From a virus (lineage: Duplodnaviria; Caudoviricetes), in IMG/VR virus record IMGVR_UViG_3300033122_000112, positions 1-37,422 of that record: a DNA stretch of 37,422 nt; one strand, given 5' to 3'. Under the pieces are notes generated by a model, which was not told where the DNA came from, did no database searches, and saw only the letters and a program-made list of their open reading frames with translations. Both the position numbers and the translations under genes were made by a program. Numbering within the stretch: the first letter of the stretch is position 1; each line of letters opens with the position of its first letter. Below, in pieces: positions 30,305 to 36,599 of this stretch.

Positions 30305-30408
30305 TTGCTAAGTGGTTTTACATCCTTTTCTTTTTTGGCAGGATACTCACTAATCAAGACTTTGCCACTTTTGACAAATTCTTCACTCTTGTCTACTTTT
30401 ACGACCAT
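30295..30408 (-). CDS. 37-aa hypothetical protein (not in the ORF track)
   Basis: MVVKVDKSEEFVKSGKVLISEYPAKKEKDVKPLSKWR; GGAGG Shine-Dalgarno just upstream; lies between a late promoter and gp25 and overlaps the gp25 start. Confidence 0.6.
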   Translation of the reverse strand: MVVKVDKSEEFVKSGKVLISEYPAKKEKDVKPLSKWR

Positions 30409-30427
30409 AATACCTCCGTCCTAAAAG

Positions 30428-30434
30428 TATTTAT
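30428..30434 (-). promoter_or_regulatory. T4-type late promoter (ATAAATA) heading the gp25-gp6-gp7 operon
   Basis: Minus strand GCATAAATACTTTTAGGACGGAGG, intergenic. Confidence 0.65.
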
Positions 30435-30435
30435 G

Positions 30436-30519
30436 CTACTTCTTGAATACTTTTAACTTTGTAAGGATAAAAAGTCCTAAGATAACCCAAAATGCTATTT
30501 CTAATCCGTAATTGTTCAT
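30436..30519 (-). CDS. 27-aa single-transmembrane peptide (not in the ORF track)
   Basis: MNNYGLEIAFWVILGLFILTKLKVFKK; ATGA overlap with the oxygenase stop; hydrophobic core followed by a Lys tail. Confidence 0.6.
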   Translation of the reverse strand: MNNYGLEIAFWVILGLFILTKLKVFKK

Positions 30520-31070
30520 TTCATAAAGTTGAGATTGAGTAGAATACGATTAGCATGATGTAATGGAGAGTGACCTGTATGCATCTGATCACCATCAAAA
30601 ATGACTAATCGGTTCTTTCTAGGTTCTACTGTGTGTAATATAGTTAGTTCTTCTGCACCTTTGTCTTCATTATATATTACGGTATCACCATCACTGTCTA
30701 TTAGATATAGTATACAAGACCAGTGAGGATAGTTCTGATCTGTATGTGGTGTGTGTAAGGTCGTTTTAGGTGCTTGCAACGTCATATCTAGTCTTGCTCT
30801 TGTCAAACTACCCTTTTGTGCTCCCAGTTCCTTTTCTATCTTCAAGACAGCAGGTATCCATGCGTTGTTGGTAAAACCCAAATTGTTCTGATTATCAAAG
30901 AGAACGTTAGATAGACCAGACAAAAACTCCTGATCACGAAGAGATGCGTGGTTAGGGGGTATGAACTTAGAAATATTATTATGGTATCGCCACTCAAACA
31001 TAGGATTGGTGACAGTATCAGAAAGATAGTCTATATAATAGTCATCTAAAAAGTTGTTAATGACTTGCAT
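30516..31070 (-). CDS. 2OG-Fe(II) oxygenase superfamily protein
   Basis: HxD (PHTD), ILYL..SDGDT, VEPRKNRLVIFDG..MH and distal R (NRILLNLNF); the family is common in cyanomyoviruses. Confidence 0.85.
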   Translation of the reverse strand: MQVINNFLDDYYIDYLSDTVTNPMFEWRYHNNISKFIPPNHASLRDQEFLSGLSNVLFDNQNNLGFTNNAWIPAVLKIEKELGAQKGSLTRARLDMTLQAPKTTLHTPHTDQNYPHWSCILYLIDSDGDTVIYNEDKGAEELTILHTVEPRKNRLVIFDGDQMHTGHSPLHHANRILLNLNFMK

Positions 31071-31543
31071 TATTCTCCAAGAGTGTGAACAACAGGTTTT
31101 TCGTGTTTCAATATCTCATACAACTTCTTATTCTCAGCAGCAGACACAGGTATAAACTCTTTATCATGATCAAATCCCTCAGTTCTACTGGATTGATTGA
31201 TTACGATCGACCCCTCCTCCCCAGATATCGACCTGTGGAAGGTTTTTGTGGGTATAACGAGGGCACCAGACGACCGATTTAGGTGTACAATATGATATGG
31301 GTACTTCCAATCGAAGTTTACTAACTCAAATTGTCTCTCTCCCTGTACTACTCTGTTGAAATCTGTCTGATGATAGTGTATGTAGAACTGTTTTGCACCC
31401 ACCAAGTCGTTTGGAGGAGAAATCGCAGCACCAGTGTGCACTACTAGATCAGAGGCATTCGATTCTTCAACAGAAATATCGAAGAAGATTACGTCTTGCG
31501 TCTCTCGAAAGACTCTATGCTTCCGAAATAACACGTCACTCAC
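31070..31543 (-). CDS. Cupin-fold protein of cyanobacterial type (recalled as historically labelled hemagglutinin-neuraminidase-like)
   Basis: Cupin-like motifs YIHYHQTD.NRVVQGER.FEL and LVIP..TFHRS.SG; GTG start overlaps the upstream stop. The family label is from memory. Confidence 0.65.
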   Translation of the reverse strand: MSDVLFRKHRVFRETQDVIFFDISVEESNASDLVVHTGAAISPPNDLVGAKQFYIHYHQTDFNRVVQGERQFELVNFDWKYPYHIVHLNRSSGALVIPTKTFHRSISGEEGSIVINQSSRTEGFDHDKEFIPVSAAENKKLYEILKHEKPVVHTLGE

Positions 31544-31677
31544 TTTCCTTGACCTCTATAGGGTTTCTTTTTCTTGTTTCTAGAGGTTGCAGAGTACTTA
31601 GTATGTGCTCCGTTTCCTTGTCTTGTCTTCTTAGGTTTTGATTCGATCTCACTGAGACCCATTTTATACATTGCCAT
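31540..31677 (-). CDS. 45-aa highly basic protein (the likely real gene here rather than the track's 71-aa frame)
   Basis: MAMYKMGLSEIESKPKKTRQGNGAHTKYSATSRNKKKKPYRGQGK; stop forms a GTGA overlap with the cupin start; resembles a small basic protein recalled from T4-like cyanophages. Confidence 0.75.
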   Translation of the reverse strand: MAMYKMGLSEIESKPKKTRQGNGAHTKYSATSRNKKKKPYRGQGK

Positions 31678-31707
31678 GATTTGTGGTCGCTCGCGGGGTA
31701 ATTTGGA

Positions 31708-32043
31708 CTATTTTCGGACAAATCGATATAAATTATCGACTTTTTTGTCAATTATCTCGATTTTTCGGTATAAATCGTTAATTATTGCAAAAAAATTCAA
31801 AGTTTGGTCAGAATCTTTCGGAGTATACTGTATTTTATCCAAAGTTTGTGCTTCTGAGACAAATTCTTCTATTATTTGCGTCCTTTCTGCTAATTTTACG
31901 ATGCATTCATTGACAGTATTCAATGCTTCTGCATATGGGTCAGAATCTTCTTCAGAATAGTGCAATCCATCGTTTCCGTTCTGTGCGATGACGTTCATTC
32001 TTTTATCTGACTCTTCTTCGTTCCAAAGTTCTTGTTCTATCAT
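31708..32043 (-). CDS. Hypothetical protein with coiled-coil-like segments, 111 aa
   Basis: ORF track; overlaps the upstream stop; contains IAQNGNDGLHY. Confidence 0.75.
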   Translation of the reverse strand: MIEQELWNEEESDKRMNVIAQNGNDGLHYSEEDSDPYAEALNTVNECIVKLAERTQIIEEFVSEAQTLDKIQYTPKDSDQTLNFFAIINDLYRKIEIIDKKVDNLYRFVRK

Positions 32044-32255
32044 CTATTCATAAAATAATGGTTAATAACTTCGATACGTTCATGTGCTTTCGCAATATTG
32101 TCGATCTCACTCTCAATCGCTGCCATGACATCGGGATGTTCCCCAATACCGACAGGTTGGTTGAGATAGATCTCTACGTTCTGTTGATGTTTGCAAATCA
32201 ACCCTTGATAATAGTTTATCTGTGATTTAAGGATGTCCTCCCTTAAATTTCTCAT
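32040..32255 (-). CDS. Conserved hypothetical phage protein (PVGIGEH family); probable start at 32255
   Basis: NVEIYLNQPVGIGEHPDV is a motif I recall from marine T4-like phages; the track's start at 32285 lies inside the promoter, so ATG 32255 is preferred. Confidence 0.75.
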   Translation of the reverse strand: MRNLREDILKSQINYYQGLICKHQQNVEIYLNQPVGIGEHPDVMAAIESEIDNIAKAHERIEVINHYFMNR

Positions 32256-32276
32256 ACTGTATCCTATACTGTAATT

Positions 32277-32305
32277 ACTATACACTATCTATTCGTAGTT
32301 GTCAA
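32277..32305 (-). promoter_or_regulatory. Sigma70-type promoter TTGACA-17-TATAGT
   Basis: Minus strand TTGACA ACTACGAATAGATAGTG TATAGT; the -35 box lies in the last codons of the upstream CDS. Confidence 0.7.
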
Positions 32306-32525
32306 GTATATCATCAAAAAATTTATCTATTGCATCTTGTGGGTGACCCCATTGTACACCTGAGTCAGAACCTTTGCATGGGTTCACACATTTAAAGTTA
32401 GGATGTATGACATTACATACTAATCCTGCGAGGTCGTGGGGACACGCTTCGCGTCCTGTATTCCAATATAACTGACCTTCTAACCATCTAGCATCACAGA
32501 CAGGACAGATTTTTGGATCATCCAC
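32289..32525 (-). CDS. Cys-rich hypothetical protein, possible zinc binder, 78 aa
   Basis: CPVC...LAGLVC...CVNPC; GTG start with AGGAGG upstream. Confidence 0.75.
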   Translation of the reverse strand: MDDPKICPVCDARWLEGQLYWNTGREACPHDLAGLVCNVIHPNFKCVNPCKGSDSGVQWGHPQDAIDKFFDDILDNYE

Positions 32526-32664
32526 GTTTGCGTCCCCTCCTTTTTTTAAAGAACTTTTGATAGATAGGTCTAATTATAAACAGATCTATTGCTTCGATTA
32601 CGAATATAACTCCGAATCCTATGATTACTCCTGCTAGGACTATTGCTTCAAATATTTTTTTCAT
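32518..32664 (-). CDS. 48-aa membrane protein (not in the ORF track)
   Basis: MKKIFEAIVLAGVIIGFGVIFVIEAIDLFIIRPIYQKFFKKRRGRKRG; fills the gap and overlaps both neighbours. Confidence 0.65.
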   Translation of the reverse strand: MKKIFEAIVLAGVIIGFGVIFVIEAIDLFIIRPIYQKFFKKRRGRKRG

Positions 32665-32800
32665 TTTTTCTACCACGTATAGGAGGAAGTACTACACGAT
32701 GAAACTCTTCCCAGAGTTCTTGTGGGTTTGGGTGATATAACCTTTCTTTATCAGAAACCTTTACAAGGTTATTTAGTGTTTTCTTTTTTTCACTTTTCAT
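32648..32800 (-). CDS. 50-aa hypothetical protein (not in the ORF track)
   Basis: MKSEKKKTLNNLVKVSDKERLYHPNPQELWEEFHRVVLPPIRGRKNEKNI; ATGA overlap with the upstream stop. Confidence 0.55.
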   Translation of the reverse strand: MKSEKKKTLNNLVKVSDKERLYHPNPQELWEEFHRVVLPPIRGRKNEKNI

Positions 32801-32970
32801 TCTATTATCTCGAAATGCCATTTTATACCTTTAATGTAATCAAATGTGCATGAGATATCTTTATCACAGTCATGTTCGTACTTTCTATCACAAAGATAGT
32901 TTCTTAGTTCCTGTATAGAAGAGAAGGAACCTTGAGGGACAAATTCTTCGTTAAAGAGAACGTACTTCAT
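32797..32970 (-). CDS. 57-aa hypothetical protein (not in the ORF track)
   Basis: MKYVLFNEEFVPQGSFSSIQELRNYLCDRKYEHDCDKDISCTFDYIKGIKWHFEIIE; ATGA overlaps at both ends. Confidence 0.7.
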   Translation of the reverse strand: MKYVLFNEEFVPQGSFSSIQELRNYLCDRKYEHDCDKDISCTFDYIKGIKWHFEIIE

Positions 32971-33131
32971 CTTTCCAGAGGTTTAAAGTGTATAGAACCA
33001 TCATCCGACATCTCGTACTCGAACTCTGTAGTCTGATCCCAACCAAACTCTTCACATATATCGTAAGGAATAGTAAGTTGGAGGTCACCAAAGTCATCTT
33101 CTAGCAGAGTGGTGGTGAATCTTTTTGACAT
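32967..33131 (-). CDS. 54-aa AbrB/MazE/SpoVT-like swapped-hairpin protein (not in the ORF track)
   Basis: MSKRFTTTLLEDDFGDLQLTIPYDICEEFGWDQTTEFEYEMSDDGSIHFKPLER fits G.L.LTIP..I...(L/F)GW......E....DG.I...P. Confidence 0.7.
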   Translation of the reverse strand: MSKRFTTTLLEDDFGDLQLTIPYDICEEFGWDQTTEFEYEMSDDGSIHFKPLER

Positions 33132-33145
33132 ATTAAGTGTATCCA

Positions 33146-33340
33146 TTATAGTCTATTATGAGGTATTCTTGTTGAAAAGCATTCCCATGACTTATATAGT
33201 TTTTCTTTATCTTGTAAATCACCCCATGTATCAGTGTATTGTTGGGCACATTCATACATGCTAGTGTACAAACACCCTTCCTTCTTTATGAGTGATTGCA
33301 TTGCCCATGTTCTTGTTTCTTGGTGGGGTATTTCAGTCAT
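33146..33340 (-). CDS. Hypothetical protein, 64 aa
   Basis: ORF track; co-oriented first gene after a non-coding gap. Confidence 0.65.
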   Translation of the reverse strand: MTEIPHQETRTWAMQSLIKKEGCLYTSMYECAQQYTDTWGDLQDKEKLYKSWECFSTRIPHNRL

Positions 33341-33539
33341 TTTTTTTCTGGGAATTTTTTTTATTAAGGATGAAATTGAAGTTGGAATAATATACTGCCT
33401 CTGGGGAACCTTTGTAGGTTAGGGTAGTGATCGGTTTTATATAGTGACCGCCCGCAGATACCGCGAGAACCCTTACAGTGACTGCGATCTCGACTGTTAT
33501 TGTTTATATTTAGTAGGCAAGTCTTAAGTCATAAGTAAT

Positions 33540-33563
33540 AAAAAAGGGGGTGTATTTACCCCC
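33540..33563 (-). terminator. Rho-independent terminator
   Basis: Minus strand GGGGGT-AAATAC-ACCCCC-TTTTTT, 12 nt after the stop of the 76-aa ORF. Confidence 0.8.
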
Positions 33564-33592
33564 ATTATAGTATATTTAAGCAAGGTTGTCAA
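33564..33592 (-). promoter_or_regulatory. Perfect sigma70 consensus promoter TTGACA-17-TATAAT
   Basis: Minus strand TTGACA ACCTTGCTTAAATATAC TATAAT, directly abutting the terminator stem. Confidence 0.75.
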
Positions 33593-33806
33593 GTACTGAC
33601 TGTGGAACTGTTTTTGTCGCTTTTGGATTTAGTCCCCCGATCCACTTATTAATGTGACGAGATGTAGTGACCGAGAAAAATTCCTCTGATCTTACAAAAC
33701 CCTCTCCAAAGATGTAAGCAGCAACAGGTGTTTTATAAGAAAAGAAAATGCGAGCGTCTGCTGTTTCGATTTCTGTCTGGTTTGCTGCGATTGGTGTAAG
33801 TCTCAT
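33576..33806 (-). CDS. Conserved phage hypothetical protein (FSY.TPVA...S.TTSRHINKW family), 76 aa
   Basis: ORF track; motif recalled from many phage early regions; has its own promoter and terminator. Confidence 0.8.
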   Translation of the reverse strand: MRLTPIAANQTEIETADARIFFSYKTPVAAYIFGEGFVRSEEFFSVTTSRHINKWIGGLNPKATKTVPQSVLDNLA

Positions 33807-33837
33807 TTTAAAATGTTCCTTTGTTTGTTATGTACTT

Positions 33838-33896
33838 ATTATAACAACTGTTACCAGTGTGTGACCATACCCTGTGACACTTATTTCACTGGCACA
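33838..33896 (-). promoter_or_regulatory. Early-type promoter element, copy 1 (TGTGnCAST-N7-STGTC box plus TGnTATAAT)
   Basis: TGTGCCAGTGAAATAAGTGTCACA...TGTTATAATA; box starts 53 nt before the -10. Confidence 0.75.
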
Positions 33897-34066
33897 TAAT
33901 AACAAAATCCTTCTTCCAGGAAGTAATTACAATAACGATCAATAAACTCATTATAACCTGTCTGCTCTGTGTCTAGTAGAAATTGACATAACTCCACTTT
34001 TTTAACATTTGGAACTACTGGGAAGTTATCCCAAGTTTCTCTATACTCATCAGGCAACGTTAACAT
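33881..34066 (-). CDS. Hypothetical protein, 61 aa
   Basis: ORF track; downstream of a consensus promoter. Confidence 0.7.
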   Translation of the reverse strand: MLTLPDEYRETWDNFPVVPNVKKVELCQFLLDTEQTGYNEFIDRYCNYFLEEGFCYYVPVK

Positions 34067-34095
34067 AATTTACCTTTGAACCTCTTACAAGGTTT

Positions 34096-34124
34096 ATTGT
34101 ACCTTATTTTGGGATATATGTCAA
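34096..34124 (-). promoter_or_regulatory. Sigma70-type promoter TTGACA-17-TACAAT
   Basis: Minus strand TTGACA TATATCCCAAAATAAGG TACAAT, 30 nt upstream of ATG 34066. Confidence 0.75.
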
Positions 34125-34295
34125 CTGTCTCAAAGAAATGTGTCGATTTACTCAAAGTGCTTGACAGATGGGTATTCACTCGCTAAGACCTCAATAAAAA
34201 CGCTATAATAATAAGGATACTATCCTATAGTATAAAAACACTATATGATTTAATTATACATTTATTTGAATACACTAATTAAGCGGATTTGTGGG

Positions 34296-34448
34296 TTATT
34301 CCTTATTATTGTCTCTCTTATACTTCCCTCGCATATACTCCCATAATATTATTACGATTTCTTTTAATGTCACATAGGCATATAATACGTCCTCCCTAAG
34401 TATTATCTTAGATCGCTTATTATCACTTGAATTGTTATTATTTTGCAT
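34296..34448 (-). CDS. 50-aa hypothetical protein (not in the ORF track)
   Basis: MQNNNNSSDNKRSKIILREDVLYAYVTLKEIVIILWEYMRGKYKRDNNKE; overlaps the upstream stop by 11 nt. Confidence 0.5.
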   Translation of the reverse strand: MQNNNNSSDNKRSKIILREDVLYAYVTLKEIVIILWEYMRGKYKRDNNKE

Positions 34449-34674
34449 ACCTATTCTTTCGCCCTTCGATAACATTTAATTCATCCCAATTACTCCTATA
34501 AATTAACAATAATACTTGACGATATGGTAGGCGGGAATGTTCCGCATATTCCTTATTATGTGGGATTTCATGTAAACAAATAGTGATGTAATCTTTACTT
34601 ATAAAGTTAATATAACCTTCCCCTTCTTTGGGAACTAAAATATAACTTCCTAAGATAAATTCACCATATTTCAT
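34438..34674 (-). CDS. Hypothetical protein, 78 aa
   Basis: ORF track; G.INFI...YITIC motif. Confidence 0.75.
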   Translation of the reverse strand: MKYGEFILGSYILVPKEGEGYINFISKDYITICLHEIPHNKEYAEHSRLPYRQVLLLIYRSNWDELNVIEGRKNRYAK

Positions 34675-34679
34675 TTACA

Positions 34680-34919
34680 TTATATCCCGATATATATCTT
34701 GCCTTTATTGTTAATTAGTTCATTATCTGCTGTTGAATAATCATCAACATGTTTATCATATATGCTAACAGTTTGTGTTAGTTCATCTGAGTTAAGTTCA
34801 GATAATTGTTGATACAAATCAAGATAAGTCATTGTTTCTTTATTGTTATCTATTGCCTGTAATGTGTCAATAGAAGTTGTTAGTTCATTCCAAGGAATTA
34901 ACGTCCATGTTGTTGACAT
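34680..34919 (-). CDS. Hypothetical protein, 79 aa
   Basis: ORF track; contains MTYLDLYQQLSELNSDELTQTVSIYD. Confidence 0.7.
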   Translation of the reverse strand: MSTTWTLIPWNELTTSIDTLQAIDNNKETMTYLDLYQQLSELNSDELTQTVSIYDKHVDDYSTADNELINNKGKIYIGI

Positions 34920-35009
34920 AAACCCATAATTACATTGTTATGTTATTACTTATAATGGTAAAAAAATCGGGCGAGCAACCACGATCGGGGGAATTTACTC
35001 GGATAAGTG

Positions 35010-35150
35010 TTATCTACGAGAATTAAATATGTCCTTAGAATAATAATCTTTTGGACGTAATTGTCTCCGATCTAGTTCATCTTGCTTAATTAATGCTTCA
35101 TAAATTTCTGGTTTTAATGGTAGCATCTTAGTAAATTGACGATTGCACAT
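35010..35150 (-). CDS. 46-aa hypothetical protein (not in the ORF track)
   Basis: MCNRQFTKMLPLKPEIYEALIKQDELDRRQLRPKDYYSKDIFNSRR; starts 2 nt after the upstream stop (TAATTATG). Confidence 0.55.
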   Translation of the reverse strand: MCNRQFTKMLPLKPEIYEALIKQDELDRRQLRPKDYYSKDIFNSRR

Positions 35151-35152
35151 AA

Positions 35153-35320
35153 TTAAAAATCCTCTAGTGTTAAATTGTTTACTGCATCAAATACCTTATC
35201 CTCCATTGAGTCAAATGTATCTGTGTCAAATAAATCACTCCTATATTTGATGCTTTTAGGATGACTTAAAAGTCTTGTAAGTGATTGATGCTCTTCGATT
35301 GTGAGATTGATTTGTGGCAT
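35153..35320 (-). CDS. 55-aa hypothetical protein (start corrected to MPQINL at 35320)
   Basis: The track's 92-aa version overlaps the upstream gene by 109 nt; ATG at 35320 follows the upstream stop (TAATTATG). Confidence 0.65.
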   Translation of the reverse strand: MPQINLTIEEHQSLTRLLSHPKSIKYRSDLFDTDTFDSMEDKVFDAVNNLTLEDF

Positions 35321-35322
35321 AA

Positions 35323-35580
35323 TTAAAAAATAGCGTAAACTGTGTTTAGGTTTTTGTCCTCGACTTGAACCCGACCATACTCTTTTGACCACTCCCTTGC
35401 CGATTGCTTTGCAACTTCTAAGTCCATACAATAGTGTTCATGATACCCAAGCGGATGATTTGGAACTACAACCGCATAGTCAAATTTGTTTCTGGGATGA
35501 TTTGGTTCTCTTTTAAAGTTCTCACGTTGACATGCTTTGAGATACTCTAATTTTGCTTCTAGATCGCTTTTGAATGTCAT
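35323..35580 (-). CDS. Hypothetical protein, 85 aa
   Basis: ORF track; TAATG overlap with the upstream gene. Confidence 0.75.
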   Translation of the reverse strand: MTFKSDLEAKLEYLKACQRENFKREPNHPRNKFDYAVVVPNHPLGYHEHYCMDLEVAKQSAREWSKEYGRVQVEDKNLNTVYAIF

Positions 35581-35798
35581 TATGCAACCTCCCTTACATA
35601 TCCGTTTTCTGCGTGTATAAATGCGTCTAGCATAGGGACGTTTAACTCTGGGTCATCAAAATCAATTTTTGCACATCCATCAACACCCCACTCTGCTAAC
35701 TCTTGTACAAATTCATCCCAATTAGCACAACAACATGCCATATTTTGAAAGTTGTCAACTTGAACGATTCTGTTCATGATTGTTTGAGTTTTTGTCAT
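35580..35798 (-). CDS. Hypothetical acidic protein, 72 aa
   Basis: ORF track; GAGG SD; first gene after promoter copy 2. Confidence 0.8.
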   Translation of the reverse strand: MTKTQTIMNRIVQVDNFQNMACCCANWDEFVQELAEWGVDGCAKIDFDDPELNVPMLDAFIHAENGYVREVA

Positions 35799-35827
35799 GT
35801 GGTTTAATCCTCGTTTGTTATACTAAT

Positions 35828-35887
35828 ATTATACCATTGAAAAATACCGAAATGGTTGCAATAGTGGACAGTAATAAAAGTGACACA
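35828..35887 (-). promoter_or_regulatory. Early-type promoter element, copy 2
   Basis: TGTGTCACTTTTATTACTGTCCACTATTGCAACCATTTCGG...ATGGTATAATATTA; near-identical to copy 3. Confidence 0.8.
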
Positions 35888-35890
35888 ACC

Positions 35891-36112
35891 CTAGTTGACA
35901 TTTTCAAATCCTTCCTTTAATTTGGCGATACGTTTATGGATTGCTTCCCTATGAAATTCTGGGAAAAATAAATCTATCATTAAATTATATGTTCCATAAT
36001 CAAAAACATGACCATCAACTTCTACATCACTAGGTAAGAATCCATAATGTACATAATGGTCAAGTGCATATTCTCTTACGAGATCAGCACTTGTCTTATT
36101 TGAGTCTAGCAT
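35891..36112 (-). CDS. Hypothetical protein, 73 aa
   Basis: ORF track; GGAGG SD upstream. Confidence 0.75.
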   Translation of the reverse strand: MLDSNKTSADLVREYALDHYVHYGFLPSDVEVDGHVFDYGTYNLMIDLFFPEFHREAIHKRIAKLKEGFENVN

Positions 36113-36259
36113 TTAGTCATCCTCCACTATGATGTTTGTTTGGACTTCAAATAAAAATGGGGTTTCGTTAGTCTCTCTAACGTATGCTTCCATTAAGAGA
36201 TCTGTGATTGTTTCTCTCTCACGATCGGTTAAAAAGTCATAAACGTCAACTGTTTTCAT
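36113..36259 (-). CDS. 48-aa acidic hypothetical protein (not in the ORF track)
   Basis: MKTVDVYDFLTDRERETITDLLMEAYVRETNETPFLFEVQTNIIVEDD; TAATG overlap and AAGGAG SD; exactly fills the gap. Confidence 0.7.
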   Translation of the reverse strand: MKTVDVYDFLTDRERETITDLLMEAYVRETNETPFLFEVQTNIIVEDD

Positions 36260-36516
36260 TATGCGATCTCCTTAACAAGTTGATCGAAGTCCTGATTGAT
36301 TGCTCTAGTCTCGATAAGAATATCTCTAACTCTCTCACGATCTAAAGAATCACCCTCTCCCCATGTCATATCACCATCACATGATGCGATTAGGTCAAGA
36401 TAGTTGAGAGTAGCAAGTGCTAACTCTTCTCTGGTTAGTCCATCAATAGGATATAATCCATTATAAGGATTGTAGAATGACATGCAGTAGTCTAAAAATT
36501 CTCTGAAGTTGGTCAT
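36259..36516 (-). CDS. Phage hypothetical protein (WG.GDSLDRERVRD type), 85 aa
   Basis: ORF track; first gene after promoter copy 3. Confidence 0.8.
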   Translation of the reverse strand: MTNFREFLDYCMSFYNPYNGLYPIDGLTREELALATLNYLDLIASCDGDMTWGEGDSLDRERVRDILIETRAINQDFDQLVKEIA

Positions 36517-36539
36517 AGTTGTTTGTTGCTTATAGTAAT

Positions 36540-36599
36540 ATTATACCATCCACTATTATCAAAATGGTTGCAATAGTGGACGGAAATAAAAGTGGCACA
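36540..36599 (-). promoter_or_regulatory. Early-type promoter element, copy 3
   Basis: TGTGCCACTTTTATTTCCGTCCACTATTGCAACCATTTTGA...ATGGTATAATATTA. Confidence 0.8.

Noticed and set aside
31536-31960. 71-aa minus and 128-aa plus ORFs from the track
   Set aside because: They overlap better-supported genes (the 45-aa basic protein and the 111-aa protein).
33873-33896. Early box read as a CRP (TGTGA-N6-TCACA) or NtcA (GTA-N8-TAC) site
   Set aside because: The TGTG...CACA span is 24 bp and does not fit either consensus spacing.
34959-34990. Weak hairpin plus T-tract (ATCGTGG...CCCGATTTTTTT) as a terminator
   Set aside because: The stem is short and bulged and could equally be a promoter spacer; not supportable.
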